Positions 1-10,077 of a DNA stretch of 64,000 nucleotides are shown one piece after another. Location: NCBI GenBank assembly GCA_017510525.1, contig JAFWNC010000019.1:26611-90610 (forward strand), written 5' to 3'. Source of the DNA: Clostridia bacterium. Its GTDB lineage: Bacteria > Bacillota > Clostridia > TANB77 > CAG-508. The notes beneath the pieces were generated by a model that made no database searches, had not been told where the DNA came from, and worked only from the letters and a program-made list of their open reading frames with translations. Each line of letters begins with the position of its first letter. Position 1 is the stretch's first letter. Both the position numbers and the translations under genes were made by a program.

Positions 1-2
1 TT

Positions 3-1067
3 GCAAAAGAAGCATTAATGCAATTAGAAAAAAAATTAGTAATGGCAGGATTAGTTCATAGAGACTATTCTAAAGAGTTTGTAAAAGTTGGAGATACAAT
101 AACAATCAGAAAACCAGCAAAATTTGTTGCTAAGAATTTCTTAGGACAAGTAGAAGATCAAGATTTAGTTGAAGGTTCAACAACAGTAAAAATGGATAGA
201 TACAGAGATATTACTGTGCCTATTTCATCTAAAGAAATGACACTTGATATAGATGATTTTTCTAAACAAGTTGTAGAGCCAGCAATGTCAGCAATTGCTG
301 AAGCTGTTGATGGGGATTTATTAGCAGTAGGTATTCAAAACGCTTCTAATAAAGTAGCAATATCAGGTACACCTGTAATTACAGATTTAGCTAATGTTGG
401 AAAAGCATTAGATAAGAAAAAAGCACCAAGAGATAATTTAAGAAATTTAGTTTTAGGTGTTGATTCTACTTATAAATATAATACATTAACAAATTTTACA
501 GATATTTCACAAAGTGGTTCAAGTGAGGCATTGAGAGATTCAACAATAGGAAAAGCATTTACAATGAATACTTATATGAGCCAAAATGTTCCTTCAACAG
601 CAGCTTCAACAGCAGGAACAGTTACTGCATTAAAAGTAACAGGAACACAAGGACAAAAACAATTTTCTGCAACAAATGTTACACCTTCAACAGGAAAATT
701 AAATGAAGGTGATGAGATAATAGTTAATGGATATAGATATATAGTATCTGAAGATGTAACAGCTTCTAGTGGTTCTGCAACAGTAAAAGTAACAGAAAAA
801 GTTGTAGAAACAATTTCAACAGCTGTAGATGCTATGCCAATTATTAAAGAACATTCTTTAGGATTTCATAGAAATGGATTAGCTTTAGTAACTAGAGCAT
901 TAGAATTACCAGCTGGTGCAGCAAAAGCTGCTATAGCAAGTGCAAATGGACTAGCAGTAAGAGTTGTTTATGGATATGATCAAGATACTAAAACAGATAA
1001 AATTTCATTTGATATAATTTATGGTGTAAAAAATTTAAATGATGATTTATTAGTAGATTTTGCCTAA
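3..1067 (+). CDS. Phage major capsid protein. The frame is open to the window edge, so the 5' end is probably upstream of the window.
   Basis: 349-aa ORF heading a head-to-tail structural gene array. It has the size and composition of an HK97-fold capsid protein. No stop and no RBS lie between position 3 and the ATG at 18. Confidence 0.5.
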   Translation, partial: AKEALMQLEKKLVMAGLVHRDYSKEFVKVGDTITIRKPAKFVAKNFLGQVEDQDLVEGSTTVKMDRYRDITVPISSKEMTLDIDDFSKQVVEPAMSAIAEAVDGDLLAVGIQNASNKVAISGTPVITDLANVGKALDKKKAPRDNLRNLVLGVDSTYKYNTLTNFTDISQSGSSEALRDSTIGKAFTMNTYMSQNVPSTAASTAGTVTALKVTGTQGQKQFSATNVTPSTGKLNEGDEIIVNGYRYIVSEDVTASSGSATVKVTEKVVETISTAVDAMPIIKEHSLGFHRNGLALVTRALELPAGAAKAAIASANGLAVRVVYGYDQDTKTDKISFDIIYGVKNLNDDLLVDFA

Positions 1068-1083
1068 GATTGGGGTGATTTAA

Positions 1084-1440
1084 ATGAAATATGTAGATTA
1101 TACATATTATGTACAAGAATACCAAGGAAATACTCCTGGGGAACAGTTTGAATCACTACTTATAAAAGCTAGTAGAGAAATAGATAATAATATTAATACT
1201 GAATTAAATAAAACTAAAATCAGTAATTTAAGTAAAAGAGCACAAGATAAGTTGAAATATACTGTCTGTGCTCTTATTGATTTAATATATAAAAAAGAAA
1301 CAAATTCAAATAGAAAAGTAACTTCGATATCAATAGATGGAGTAATTAAGAATTTTAAAACATTTTCTGATGAAGAATATAAAAAAGAAAAAAGTGAAAT
1401 TCTTAAAGGATTACCTGATGAATTAATTTGTTATTTATAG
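1084..1440 (+). CDS. Phage head-tail connector/adaptor (gp6-like)
   Basis: 118-aa ORF directly after the capsid gene. RBS ggggtgat precedes it. Assigned by position in the structural array. Confidence 0.45.
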   Translation: MKYVDYTYYVQEYQGNTPGEQFESLLIKASREIDNNINTELNKTKISNLSKRAQDKLKYTVCALIDLIYKKETNSNRKVTSISIDGVIKNFKTFSDEEYKKEKSEILKGLPDELICYL

Positions 1441-1449
1441 GAGGTTTAT

Positions 1450-1821
1450 ATGGATGATTTTCCAACTAGAAAAATAACTATATATCATAAAAATGATAAA
1501 GTATGGGATAGATATGTTAAAGAAGCTAGTTATAGAAATAATTCAATTTTAAATCATAATAAAAATGGTAATAATTCAACAGATAATGTTATTATAAGGA
1601 TTTTTGATACAGAAGGATATCATTCTAATTGGTTTATTAGCGAAGGTGATATTGTTGTAAATAAAGAAGTAAACGATGTAATCGAAGGAAATACTCCAAA
1701 CACTCAATTAAGTAAAATATATGGAAAAGAAAATGTGCATAAAGTAACTTCAATAAATGACCTTACTTTTAATGATGAGGAATTAAGAGAATTAATGCAC
1801 ATTAAGATTGGAGCTGTTTAA
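1450..1821 (+). CDS. Phage structural hypothetical protein (head-closure region)
   Basis: 123-aa ORF with RBS aggagg. Its start is tightly coupled to the neighbouring genes. Confidence 0.4.
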   Translation: MDDFPTRKITIYHKNDKVWDRYVKEASYRNNSILNHNKNGNNSTDNVIIRIFDTEGYHSNWFISEGDIVVNKEVNDVIEGNTPNTQLSKIYGKENVHKVTSINDLTFNDEELRELMHIKIGAV

Positions 1822-2306
1822 TGGCAAAAGATATTCATAAAATTGAGTTTCCAAAAGCTACAGTTATTACTACGAAAACAAAAGATGGTACGGTAAAGGT
1901 AAAACTTGAATATAATCAAAGTTATGTAAATAAATTTAATATAAATATAAACAAAGTACAAGCTTTTACTGATGAGACTGTAGCTAGATATTTATCAAGG
2001 TATGTTTCTTTTAATACTGGAGTTCAATCAAAATCAATTCCGTTGTCGAGTGAATATGGTAGTGGATTAGTTATTATAAATGTTCCTTATGCACGATTTC
2101 AAGCAGAGGGTAAGGTTATGATAGGAGTTTATAGTCGTAGTCCATGGGCAAGAAGAGGAGAGAGGAAAGTTGTTACATCTAAAAATTTAGTATATCACAA
2201 TGATTCAACGAGAGGAGCACATCCTTTTGAAAGAATGAAAGCTGATAAAAAGGAAAGTATATTAAATCAAACTGCAAATTATGCTAGGAGGTTAAGCAAT
2301 GGATGA
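1821..2306 (+). CDS. Phage minor capsid / head-tail joining protein (HK97 gp10-like)
   Basis: 161-aa ORF. Its start overlaps the previous stop (ATGA). Assigned by position in the structural array. Confidence 0.4.
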   Translation: MAKDIHKIEFPKATVITTKTKDGTVKVKLEYNQSYVNKFNININKVQAFTDETVARYLSRYVSFNTGVQSKSIPLSSEYGSGLVIINVPYARFQAEGKVMIGVYSRSPWARRGERKVVTSKNLVYHNDSTRGAHPFERMKADKKESILNQTANYARRLSNG

Positions 2307-2745
2307 AAATATTGTGATGGATAAAATTACACAAGCTATAAATGATTGGCTACTTAAATATGAGCCAATAAAAGAAATAGCAGAAGAAATACACGCAGAA
2401 GAACTTCCTGACGATGTAGATGTTTTGGCCTTGCAAAGGAGTGGAGTTGAAAATTTATCTCTACAATATATAGGCCAAAAAGGTTGGTATAGGCAATATC
2501 AATATGTATTATTATTGAAATCTAATAGTGAAGATGATTTGCAAAGATTACATAATTTGGATTGGCTTGATGATTTAAGTGATTGGATTGATGAGCAAAA
2601 TCGTTTAAGAAATTATCCAATCTTAGAAAACAAAATTGTTAAACAAATAAGCTGTGCTAATGCATTAACCTTCGAAACTAATGAAGATGGCTCAATAAGT
2701 GTGTATTATCTACAGCTTTATTTTAATATAAAAGGAGGATTTTAA
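2299..2745 (+). CDS. Phage hypothetical protein (tail-completion region)
   Basis: 148-aa ORF overlapping the previous gene by 8 nt. RBS aggagg precedes it. Confidence 0.4.
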   Translation: MDENIVMDKITQAINDWLLKYEPIKEIAEEIHAEELPDDVDVLALQRSGVENLSLQYIGQKGWYRQYQYVLLLKSNSEDDLQRLHNLDWLDDLSDWIDEQNRLRNYPILENKIVKQISCANALTFETNEDGSISVYYLQLYFNIKGGF

Positions 2746-2748
2746 AAA

Positions 2749-3252
2749 ATGGAAGAAGAAGTAATGACTTATGATGAGGCATATTATTTAGATATTGAAG
2801 CAACAAAAGCTGATAATGCAACACCTGATATTGAGCTTATGAATGTTGGTGTTACAAAATTTGAAGAAAATTCAAATCCAACAGAAAAATCAACTCAATA
2901 TATAGGCGATAAGTCAAAAAGAAATAAAGTTACTGGATATGATAATCAATTTCCTATTGAAAGTGATCTTATTAAAAATGATGATGTTGTTCAATATTTA
3001 TATTCTATTTTTAGAGATAGAAAAACAGGAAAATATGCACAGCAAAATTTATTTATTGTTGAATTGTGGAATCCTGTTGCTAATTCTGAAAATACATATA
3101 AAGCTAGAAAATTATATACAACAGCAGTTATTTCAGGAAAAACACCTAATCCAGGTGAAACAATTACATTTAGTGGAGATTTAAAAGGTATTGGCGATTT
3201 TGTAGATGGAACTTTTAATACTTCTACAAAAACATTTACAGCAACTGTGTAA
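2749..3252 (+). CDS. Phage major tail protein
   Basis: 167-aa ORF with RBS aaaggagg. It sits directly upstream of the chaperone pair and the tape-measure gene. The C-terminus is Thr/Ser-rich, as in siphovirus tail tube proteins. Confidence 0.5.
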   Translation: MEEEVMTYDEAYYLDIEATKADNATPDIELMNVGVTKFEENSNPTEKSTQYIGDKSKRNKVTGYDNQFPIESDLIKNDDVVQYLYSIFRDRKTGKYAQQNLFIVELWNPVANSENTYKARKLYTTAVISGKTPNPGETITFSGDLKGIGDFVDGTFNTSTKTFTATV

Positions 3253-3268
3253 ACAATAGTTAATTTAA

Positions 3269-3754
3269 TTGGTAGATATTAGATATAGGAGTGTTAATAT
3301 GGATAATAGAGTAGATAATAGAAATGAAAATAAGAAAAGATTAAGTTTTGGATATGAAGATACAGATAAAAGTATAGAAATAGAGTTATATGGTTTAGTT
3401 TTTAAAATTAATAATTTAAATAATATAAAAGAATTAGAAAGTTTAGATAGAAATAATGAAAGTGTAATAGAAGCTCAGTTAGAAAAAATATTAGGTAATG
3501 GGGCTATTGATAAGATTAATAATAAGAGAAGAAAAGATGGATATGATGATTTAGATTTAAATGTTGAGTTAAATATTTTAGGTTGTATATTTGAAACATA
3601 TGCAAAAGGAATGTATGGAGACGTAATTAATAGAGTTAAAAGTACAGTTGATGATTTAAAAAATGATGTAAATGAATTTACAAACAGAGAACAGAGAAGA
3701 AATTATAATAGAAACCAATATAGAGGTAATAGAAGAAATTATAGGAGATATTAA
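3269..3754 (+). CDS. Phage tail assembly chaperone (first of pair)
   Basis: 161-aa ORF, the first of two small ORFs between the major tail and tape-measure genes. The C-terminus is an R/N/Y-rich basic tail. Confidence 0.45.
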   Translation: MVDIRYRSVNMDNRVDNRNENKKRLSFGYEDTDKSIEIELYGLVFKINNLNNIKELESLDRNNESVIEAQLEKILGNGAIDKINNKRRKDGYDDLDLNVELNILGCIFETYAKGMYGDVINRVKSTVDDLKNDVNEFTNREQRRNYNRNQYRGNRRNYRRY

Positions 3755-3755
3755 T

Positions 3756-4334
3756 ATGAATATGTTTAATAAGCTACCTTATTTTGTAATTTTAAAAGGA
3801 AAAAAATATAAAATAAATGTAGACTTTAGAAATATAATATCTTTTGAAAAAAAATTACAGGATAAGAGTGTCAAAGATGATGAAAAGATAGAGTATATTA
3901 TCAGACATTTTTATCCTGCTTTTTTTTATGCAGAAAATTATAAAAATTTTTTGTTTAATCCTCAATTATATAAAGAAGCTATACAAAAGTTTATATGGTT
4001 TTATAAATGCGGCAGAGAGGAATATCACAAAGGTAAAAGTGGAGGAAAATATTCACAGAGTGAAATCTTTTCTTATGAATATGATGATGAATATATTTAT
4101 GGTGCTTTTTTAGAACAATATAAAATTGATTTAAGTACTGAAAAAATTCATTGGTGGAAATTTAAAGCTCTTTTAAAGTCTTTAAAAGATGATACTGAAT
4201 TTGTAAAAATCAAAGGCTATAGAGCTTATTCAGGTGATGATAAAAATATGAAGGAACTAAAAAAATATTGGGAATTACCTTTGCCAAGTGAAGAACAAAA
4301 AAGATTAGATTTACTGTATGAAAAATTAAAATAA
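3756..4334 (+). CDS. Phage tail assembly chaperone (second of pair, Gp15-like)
   Basis: ATG at 3756 sits 1 nt after the upstream stop. The gene lies directly before the tape-measure gene. The frame stays open upstream to 3672 and overlaps the upstream ORF. Confidence 0.45.
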   Translation: MNMFNKLPYFVILKGKKYKINVDFRNIISFEKKLQDKSVKDDEKIEYIIRHFYPAFFYAENYKNFLFNPQLYKEAIQKFIWFYKCGREEYHKGKSGGKYSQSEIFSYEYDDEYIYGAFLEQYKIDLSTEKIHWWKFKALLKSLKDDTEFVKIKGYRAYSGDDKNMKELKKYWELPLPSEEQKRLDLLYEKLK

Positions 4335-4340
4335 AATATT

Positions 4341-6493
4341 TTGTCTACATTTAGAAAGGACAAAATAATGGCAGTAGCAGGAAGTTTAACATATGATACA
4401 AAATTAGATAGCAAAGGCTTTGAAAAAGGTCTAAATAGTTTAGAATCGACAGTAAATAAAACTGTAGGAAATGTTGTAAAGGCTGTTGCAGCAATATCAG
4501 CAGCAATAGGTGGAATAACTGTAACAGCAATTAAATCATATGCTGATTTAGAGCAAAATATTGGTGGTGTAGAAACACTATTTAAATCTAGTGCTGACAA
4601 AGTAAAAAAATATGCACAAGAAGCATATAAAACAGCAGGTATGAGTGCCAATAAATATATGGAAACAGTTACTGGCTTTTCTGCAAGTTTGTTGCAAAGT
4701 TTAGGTGGTGATACAGAAAAAGCGGCTGAAGTTTCTAATATGGCATTAATAGATATGGCTGATAACTCGAATAAAATGCGGAACTGCAATGGAATCGATA
4801 CAAGTAGCTTATCAACGGTTTTGCAAAACAAAATTACACTATGTTAGATAACCTTAAATTAGGCTATGGTGGTACTAAAACTGAAATGGAAAGGTTACTT
4901 GCTGATGCTGAAAAAATATCAGGAGTAAAATATGATATTAGCAACTTAAATGATATTTTCCAAGCGATACATGTTATTCAAAGTGAACTAGGAATTACAG
5001 GAACTACAGCTAAGGAAGCAGAAGAAACCATAAGTGGTAGTGTTGCTTCAATGAAAGCAGCATGGGATAACTTTTTAAATGGTAGTGGAACGTTTGATCA
5101 ACTTGTAGATACTGCTAAAATAGCTTTTGATAATATTGCTAAAGCAGCTGCAGAAATATTACCAAGAATAGCATCAGAAGTAATAGATGCTTTACCAGAG
5201 GAACTTGTTAAAACTTTAGAAATTATGATGCCAATCTTAGTAGCTTTAGGTTCAGCATTTGCAGTGATATGGGGGTATTTTAAAGCTGTTGCTATAATAA
5301 AAGCTGTATCAGCCGCATTTGCTACATTAAATATGATAATGGCCGCTAATCCTATTTTACTAATAGTTGCAGCCATAGCTGCATTAGTAGCTGGTTTCAT
5401 GTATTTATGGAAAACCAGTGATAAGTTTAGAAATTTTTGGATTGAATTATGGAATAAAATTAAAGAAGCAATCCAACCAGTGATTGATTTTCTTGTGGAA
5501 GCTTTCACTATAGCGTGGGAAGTAATTCAAGCAGTATGGGATGTAGTATCTCAATATTTTGCAACAATATGGGAAAATATAAAAATAACATTTAGTGTAG
5601 CAAGTGAAATATTAGGTGGTTTCTTTAGAACAGCATGGGAAGTTATTAAAAGTTATTGGGATATTGTCGTCGGATATTTTAAGTTAGTATGGGAAGGAAT
5701 AAAAACAGTATTTTCTGTAGTAAAATCTATTCTTAGTGGAAATTTTGGAGATGCTTGGAATGCAATAAAAAAATACTGGGATGAAGTTAAAGGATATTTT
5801 CAAGGAGTATGGGATAATATCAAAAACATTTTTAATAGTGTAGGCTCTTTTTTTAAAAACGCTTTCCAAACTGCTTGGAATGGAGTTAAGAATGTATTTA
5901 GTAATGTAGGTTCTTTTTTTAGTGGAATATGGGATACTATTAAAACTAAATTTACTACAGTAGGTAGTATGGTAGCAGAAGCTATTGGAGGAGCTTTTAA
6001 AAGTGCAGCTAATGCAGTTATTGGAACAGTAGAGAATGCTATTAATAAAATACCTAAAGCAATTAATGGAGCAATTTCAAAAATAAATGAATTGCCTGGT
6101 GTTAGCATTGGTAAGATACCAACAGTTTCGTTGCCAAGATTGGAAAGAGGTATTGGGATTGCGGAAAAAGGCAAACAGTATTTACTTGAAGGTACAGGAA
6201 ATGAATCTGTAGTTCCTTTAGATAAAAATAAATATTGGGTAAAAGCTGTTACAACAGAATTAAAAAATCAAATGGATTTTGGAACACTTGTAAAAGAAAT
6301 GGGTAGAGCTATCCTTAATGAAAAAGGCTCTATTGCTTCAAATGCAAGTATTAAAGCTAATAATAGTATGACAACAATAATAAATGCCAATATTTCTTTA
6401 AAAGGTAGTGTTGAAATGAATGATGAAAAAATTGGAACTATGGTAGCTCCTACAGTTATGAAAACTATTCAAACAGGAGGTGCATATGCTTAA
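4341..6493 (+). pseudogene. Phage tail tape measure protein, split into two ORFs (4341..4847 and 4841..6493) by a frame change near 4805-4820
   Basis: The N-terminal ORF ends ...ADNSNKMRNCNGIDTSSLSTVLQNKITLC*. Frame 2 continues ...LINGFAKQNYTMLDNLKLGYGGTKTEMERLL. Together these match the conserved TMP core block (recalled as ...NSNKMGTD..IQNAYQGFAKQNYTMLDNLKLGYGGT). The downstream part is rich in W/F helical repeats. Confidence 0.7.
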
Positions 6494-8087
6494 AAGACTA
6501 ATTTATAATAATAAGGCTTTTAAAATGATAGACAATTTTAAAATAAAATCTTCTAACAGTGATGTAACCTTCAATAGTATAAAAATTGATTTTACGGGAT
6601 ATTCTTTGGAGGATATCCCGTTTAAATATCAAAAAATAGAGGTTAGACAAGCTGAAACAGAAGAGAACATATTTAATGGAGAAATACTTTTTACAGGTTT
6701 TTTTGATAATATTGATTTACCAGATATGAAAATGCGTGAAGAGGATAGATTTCCTACTTTAACTCTTTTAAGTCCTTTGAAAATGGCTACAAAAAGAACA
6801 GTTTCGCTAATAGGTACATATAACAAAGAAACAGCTATTAGAAGAGTATTGCAACCGCTTATTGATGATGGTTTTAAAATAGTAGAAATAAATGTTCCTG
6901 ATGGTCAAATTACGACAAATTATGTTTTAGAAACTGTAGAAAACTGCATGAATAGAATAAGTACAAAATTAAATATATTTTGGTATATAGACGAAAAATG
7001 CAATATTTATATTAATTCAATAGATTATCTTTTTGGAAAAGATGTGAAAAAAAGTATTAATGATGCTGGAAAAGAAAAAGGATTAGTTAATATAAAACCT
7101 AAAATTGAAAATGTAGATTATGCGAATGTAATAAATATAAAAAATATAAGGCTTTTTGATTATTCAAGGTCAATAGTAATTACTGGAGATGAGGTAAATA
7201 ATATAAATTATCCTATATTGGAATTACCTAAAATTGTGCAGGGTGGAGATATAATTAATTTTATAAATCCTATTGTTATTGATGAAGAAAATCTTAGGAT
7301 GGTTTTGAATAAAAATGGTGAAGAAAATATTGAATACGATCAATGGTTTTATGCTTTAAGAATTATGATTAGAACAGGAACATCTCCAAACTATAGTTAT
7401 TACACAGCAGAAATATATATTGATTTAAATAGAAATAGTCCTACTTATATGGATTATATTGTTTCGTCAAATATATCTTATAACGATTCTGGAGGCACAG
7501 AAAAGTTATTTGTTCTACAAAGAGATAGCTTTTTTCCAAACTTAATAACTGGCTTCAAATGGAATGGTGATGATAATGCAAGAATCACTTTAATAGAAAG
7601 CAATACATTTTTGCGATATACCACTATGAGATTTATGTATTCGCCCGAAATCAACAAATTAAAAAATATCATTAGTGAAAGTGGACAGATTGAAAAGACT
7701 GTAGATTATCAATCAAAATGGACAACAGATAATCAAATAATTGAATATGCTAGAAGTTTAATTATTCAAAATTCAAATGTAGTCAATCAAGTTTCACTAA
7801 AATATGAGGAAAATCCTAATTTGAAAATTGGTGATATTGTAATAATAGATGAACCTGATTTTTACATAAAAGGAAAATTTGCTGTAAAAGAACAAACATA
7901 TACATATAAAAATGATCTTGATGAAACATGGGATATAATTTTAAAAAGTGCAGATTTATTTTCTACTTATATAGACTTATTTAGACCAATTGAAAAACAA
8001 GAAAGTCAAGATAAAATAGATACAGTAATATTAAGTGAGTTTATTGAAGAAACTATTGAGGAAACTCATGAATTTAATTTAGAATAG
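6480..8087 (+). CDS. Phage distal tail protein (Dit-like)
   Basis: 535-aa ORF overlapping the TMP stop. This is the canonical Dit position in siphovirus tail modules. Confidence 0.45.
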   Translation: MHMLKRLIYNNKAFKMIDNFKIKSSNSDVTFNSIKIDFTGYSLEDIPFKYQKIEVRQAETEENIFNGEILFTGFFDNIDLPDMKMREEDRFPTLTLLSPLKMATKRTVSLIGTYNKETAIRRVLQPLIDDGFKIVEINVPDGQITTNYVLETVENCMNRISTKLNIFWYIDEKCNIYINSIDYLFGKDVKKSINDAGKEKGLVNIKPKIENVDYANVINIKNIRLFDYSRSIVITGDEVNNINYPILELPKIVQGGDIINFINPIVIDEENLRMVLNKNGEENIEYDQWFYALRIMIRTGTSPNYSYYTAEIYIDLNRNSPTYMDYIVSSNISYNDSGGTEKLFVLQRDSFFPNLITGFKWNGDDNARITLIESNTFLRYTTMRFMYSPEINKLKNIISESGQIEKTVDYQSKWTTDNQIIEYARSLIIQNSNVVNQVSLKYEENPNLKIGDIVIIDEPDFYIKGKFAVKEQTYTYKNDLDETWDIILKSADLFSTYIDLFRPIEKQESQDKIDTVILSEFIEETIEETHEFNLE

Positions 8088-8098
8088 GGGGGTGCAAA

Positions 8099-9097
8099 TT
8101 GAAAATAAAGAATGATTTTATAAATATAAAAATAGGAAAAAAACAATATAATTTTAAAAATCTGATTTTAGATGAATATTTGTCAAGAATAATTAAACGT
8201 CAAATTGATGTTCAAAATCTTACTAAAGTTAATTGTGATATTCAGTTAAAATATTTATTAATAAAATTTGATACACCTTTTGGAATTATAAATAGTTCGA
8301 TGGATTTACACAATCAAAATTTTGATATTTGTTTGATTCATGAAGCGATATGTGAGCAAGAGTTATCTGCAAATACAGTATCTATAAAATATACTTATAC
8401 TGCAGATAGCAGATTCCTTGTATATAACTATGCAACGGGTGAATATAGTAATATTAATAATTACAACGGAAGAAAAATAACTGCAATTGGTTTTAACAGT
8501 TGGAACGGTAATGATGAGGGATGGCAAAATCAATGGCCAGTGTGTGCTGTTTTAGATACTTCAAATTATAATTTATATTTACAAGAAAACGAATTTTTTA
8601 CGGTTGTAAGAAAAGATATTATAACAACAGACGCAGATTTTTATACAGAATGGTCTATAGTAAAAGCACCTGCTCATTTATGCCCGAAAGGAATTGAAAA
8701 AACTTCAGGAAGCTATTTTAATGACAATTATGGAATTTTAAAAAGCGTGGGTTTTGGATATTATAAAGATGAAATGATAGAAGAGTTGTTGATTGGAACT
8801 GATATTGATGTGACTCAAAATAATAATGAATTAATACTACAACCATTAATTAATCCAATTTTTAATAACAGTTTAGAGTATCTAAATAATAATTTATTTC
8901 CTTCAAATAAACTTTTTACAAAAAAAGAAAACTATAAATTTATATTATTAAAATATGAATTATATCAAATTGAATATGTACAAAGTGGTGATGATATTGT
9001 GCCTTCTTATATTGATACAGGAGAATTTTATTTGCAATCCTTACCAATTAATGAATATGGCACAGGCAATTTTAAAATAAAATATGAAAGGGGATAA
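8099..9097 (+). CDS. Phage tail/baseplate hypothetical protein
   Basis: 332-aa ORF with RBS agggggg. It follows the Dit-like gene. Confidence 0.4.
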   Translation: MKIKNDFINIKIGKKQYNFKNLILDEYLSRIIKRQIDVQNLTKVNCDIQLKYLLIKFDTPFGIINSSMDLHNQNFDICLIHEAICEQELSANTVSIKYTYTADSRFLVYNYATGEYSNINNYNGRKITAIGFNSWNGNDEGWQNQWPVCAVLDTSNYNLYLQENEFFTVVRKDIITTDADFYTEWSIVKAPAHLCPKGIEKTSGSYFNDNYGILKSVGFGYYKDEMIEELLIGTDIDVTQNNNELILQPLINPIFNNSLEYLNNNLFPSNKLFTKKENYKFILLKYELYQIEYVQSGDDIVPSYIDTGEFYLQSLPINEYGTGNFKIKYERG

Positions 9098-9101
9098 ACA
9101 G

Positions 9102-9692
9102 ATGGTTTTTTTTGAATGGGAAGATGGAGAAGAGGTGCAAGGTGAAAGTGTTGTAATTGGATATGTTGAAATAAATGGTGAACAATTACCAGTTTATGCA
9201 ACTAAAATAGATGGTAATACGCCAATTACAGCTTATAATATGAATAGAATGCAAGATTTAGCTACAACATATATTGATAATAAAATAATTAATGATTTTT
9301 CATTACAAAACTCAAAAGCTTATAGTGCTAATTATATTAGTTCGTGTAATGCTTATTCAACAGGTGAAATTAATACAGGCAAAACATGGATAGATGGAAA
9401 ACCAATATATAGAAAAGTAATTGAATTAGGTCAACTAGGTACTAGCAATAAAAAAATAGTTGAAGGCAGTTATGAAACTTTAGTATCTTTTGATGGGTAT
9501 ATAACTAATACAACTGGAACTATAAAAGAATCGTTAAATTCGTATACACCTAGTTTATTTAGATATTTTACAGCTGAAGTCAAGAATAATGCTTTGACTA
9601 TACTAATTAACAAGTCAGATTCAACAAATTGGGCTGAATGGACTTTAACTGTAATTATTGAATATACAAAACCTACCGCGACGGAGGAATAA
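9102..9692 (+). CDS. Phage baseplate hypothetical protein
   Basis: ATG at 9102 follows RBS aaagggga. The ORF track starts at 9084, but that start has no RBS. Confidence 0.4.
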   Translation: MVFFEWEDGEEVQGESVVIGYVEINGEQLPVYATKIDGNTPITAYNMNRMQDLATTYIDNKIINDFSLQNSKAYSANYISSCNAYSTGEINTGKTWIDGKPIYRKVIELGQLGTSNKKIVEGSYETLVSFDGYITNTTGTIKESLNSYTPSLFRYFTAEVKNNALTILINKSDSTNWAEWTLTVIIEYTKPTATEE

Positions 9693-9693
9693 A

Positions 9694-9981
9694 ATGCAAG
9701 AGATAATAAGTTATTTGAAAGAATATTGGACACAAATATTTTTTACAGCTGGAATAATAATCGCTATGTACAAATTCTCGCAAGCAATGTTCGAAGCTGT
9801 TAAATGTAGTTTAAGAAATGATATTTTAGAAATTTATGATAGATGTAAAGAAAAAAAACAAATTACTAAATATCAACTAGAAAGTATTGAATATAGTTAT
9901 AAGTTATATAAGTCTTTAAAAGGAAACTCGTTTGTGGACGCAATTTATGATAAAGTTAAAAAATTTGAATTAATTGACTAA
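9694..9981 (+). CDS. Small single-TM protein, holin-like
   Basis: MQEIISYLKEYWTQIFFTAGIIIAMYKFSQ... has one hydrophobic segment and a charged C-terminus. RBS acggaggaataaaATG precedes it. A strong terminator follows. Confidence 0.35.
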   Translation: MQEIISYLKEYWTQIFFTAGIIIAMYKFSQAMFEAVKCSLRNDILEIYDRCKEKKQITKYQLESIEYSYKLYKSLKGNSFVDAIYDKVKKFELID

Positions 9982-9995
9982 ATTATATTAATAAA

Positions 9996-10046
9996 AAAAT
10001 AAAATGGCTTAAAATCAATCCTCGTGGGTTGGTTTTAAGCCTATTT
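9996..10046 (+). terminator. Rho-independent terminator
   Basis: ggcttaaaatcaatcctcgtgggttggttttaagcc forms a hairpin and is followed by tattttta. Confidence 0.6.
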
Positions 10047-10077
10047 TTATTAAATTTTATAAAAAGGAGGGATTTTT

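Noticed and set aside
2939-3184. ORF 2939..3184 and ORF 3928..4113, internal same-strand alternative-frame ORFs
   Set aside because: They are nested out-of-frame in the major tail and chaperone genes. Their products are low-complexity I/L/K-rich.
3672-3754. An 83-nt overlap of the two tail-chaperone ORFs as a possible programmed G/GT-type frameshift
   Set aside because: The downstream frame is +1 (not -1) relative to the upstream gene. No slippery heptamer is evident. A good ATG at 3756 follows the upstream stop by 1 nt, so two separate genes is the simpler reading.
4226-6174. Minus-strand ORFs (4226..4831, 5098..5508, 5684..5869, 5800..6174) inside the tape-measure gene
   Set aside because: They lie antisense to a strongly supported coding region. 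They have low-complexity hydrophobic composition and no RBS. They are typical shadow ORFs of an AT-rich gene.
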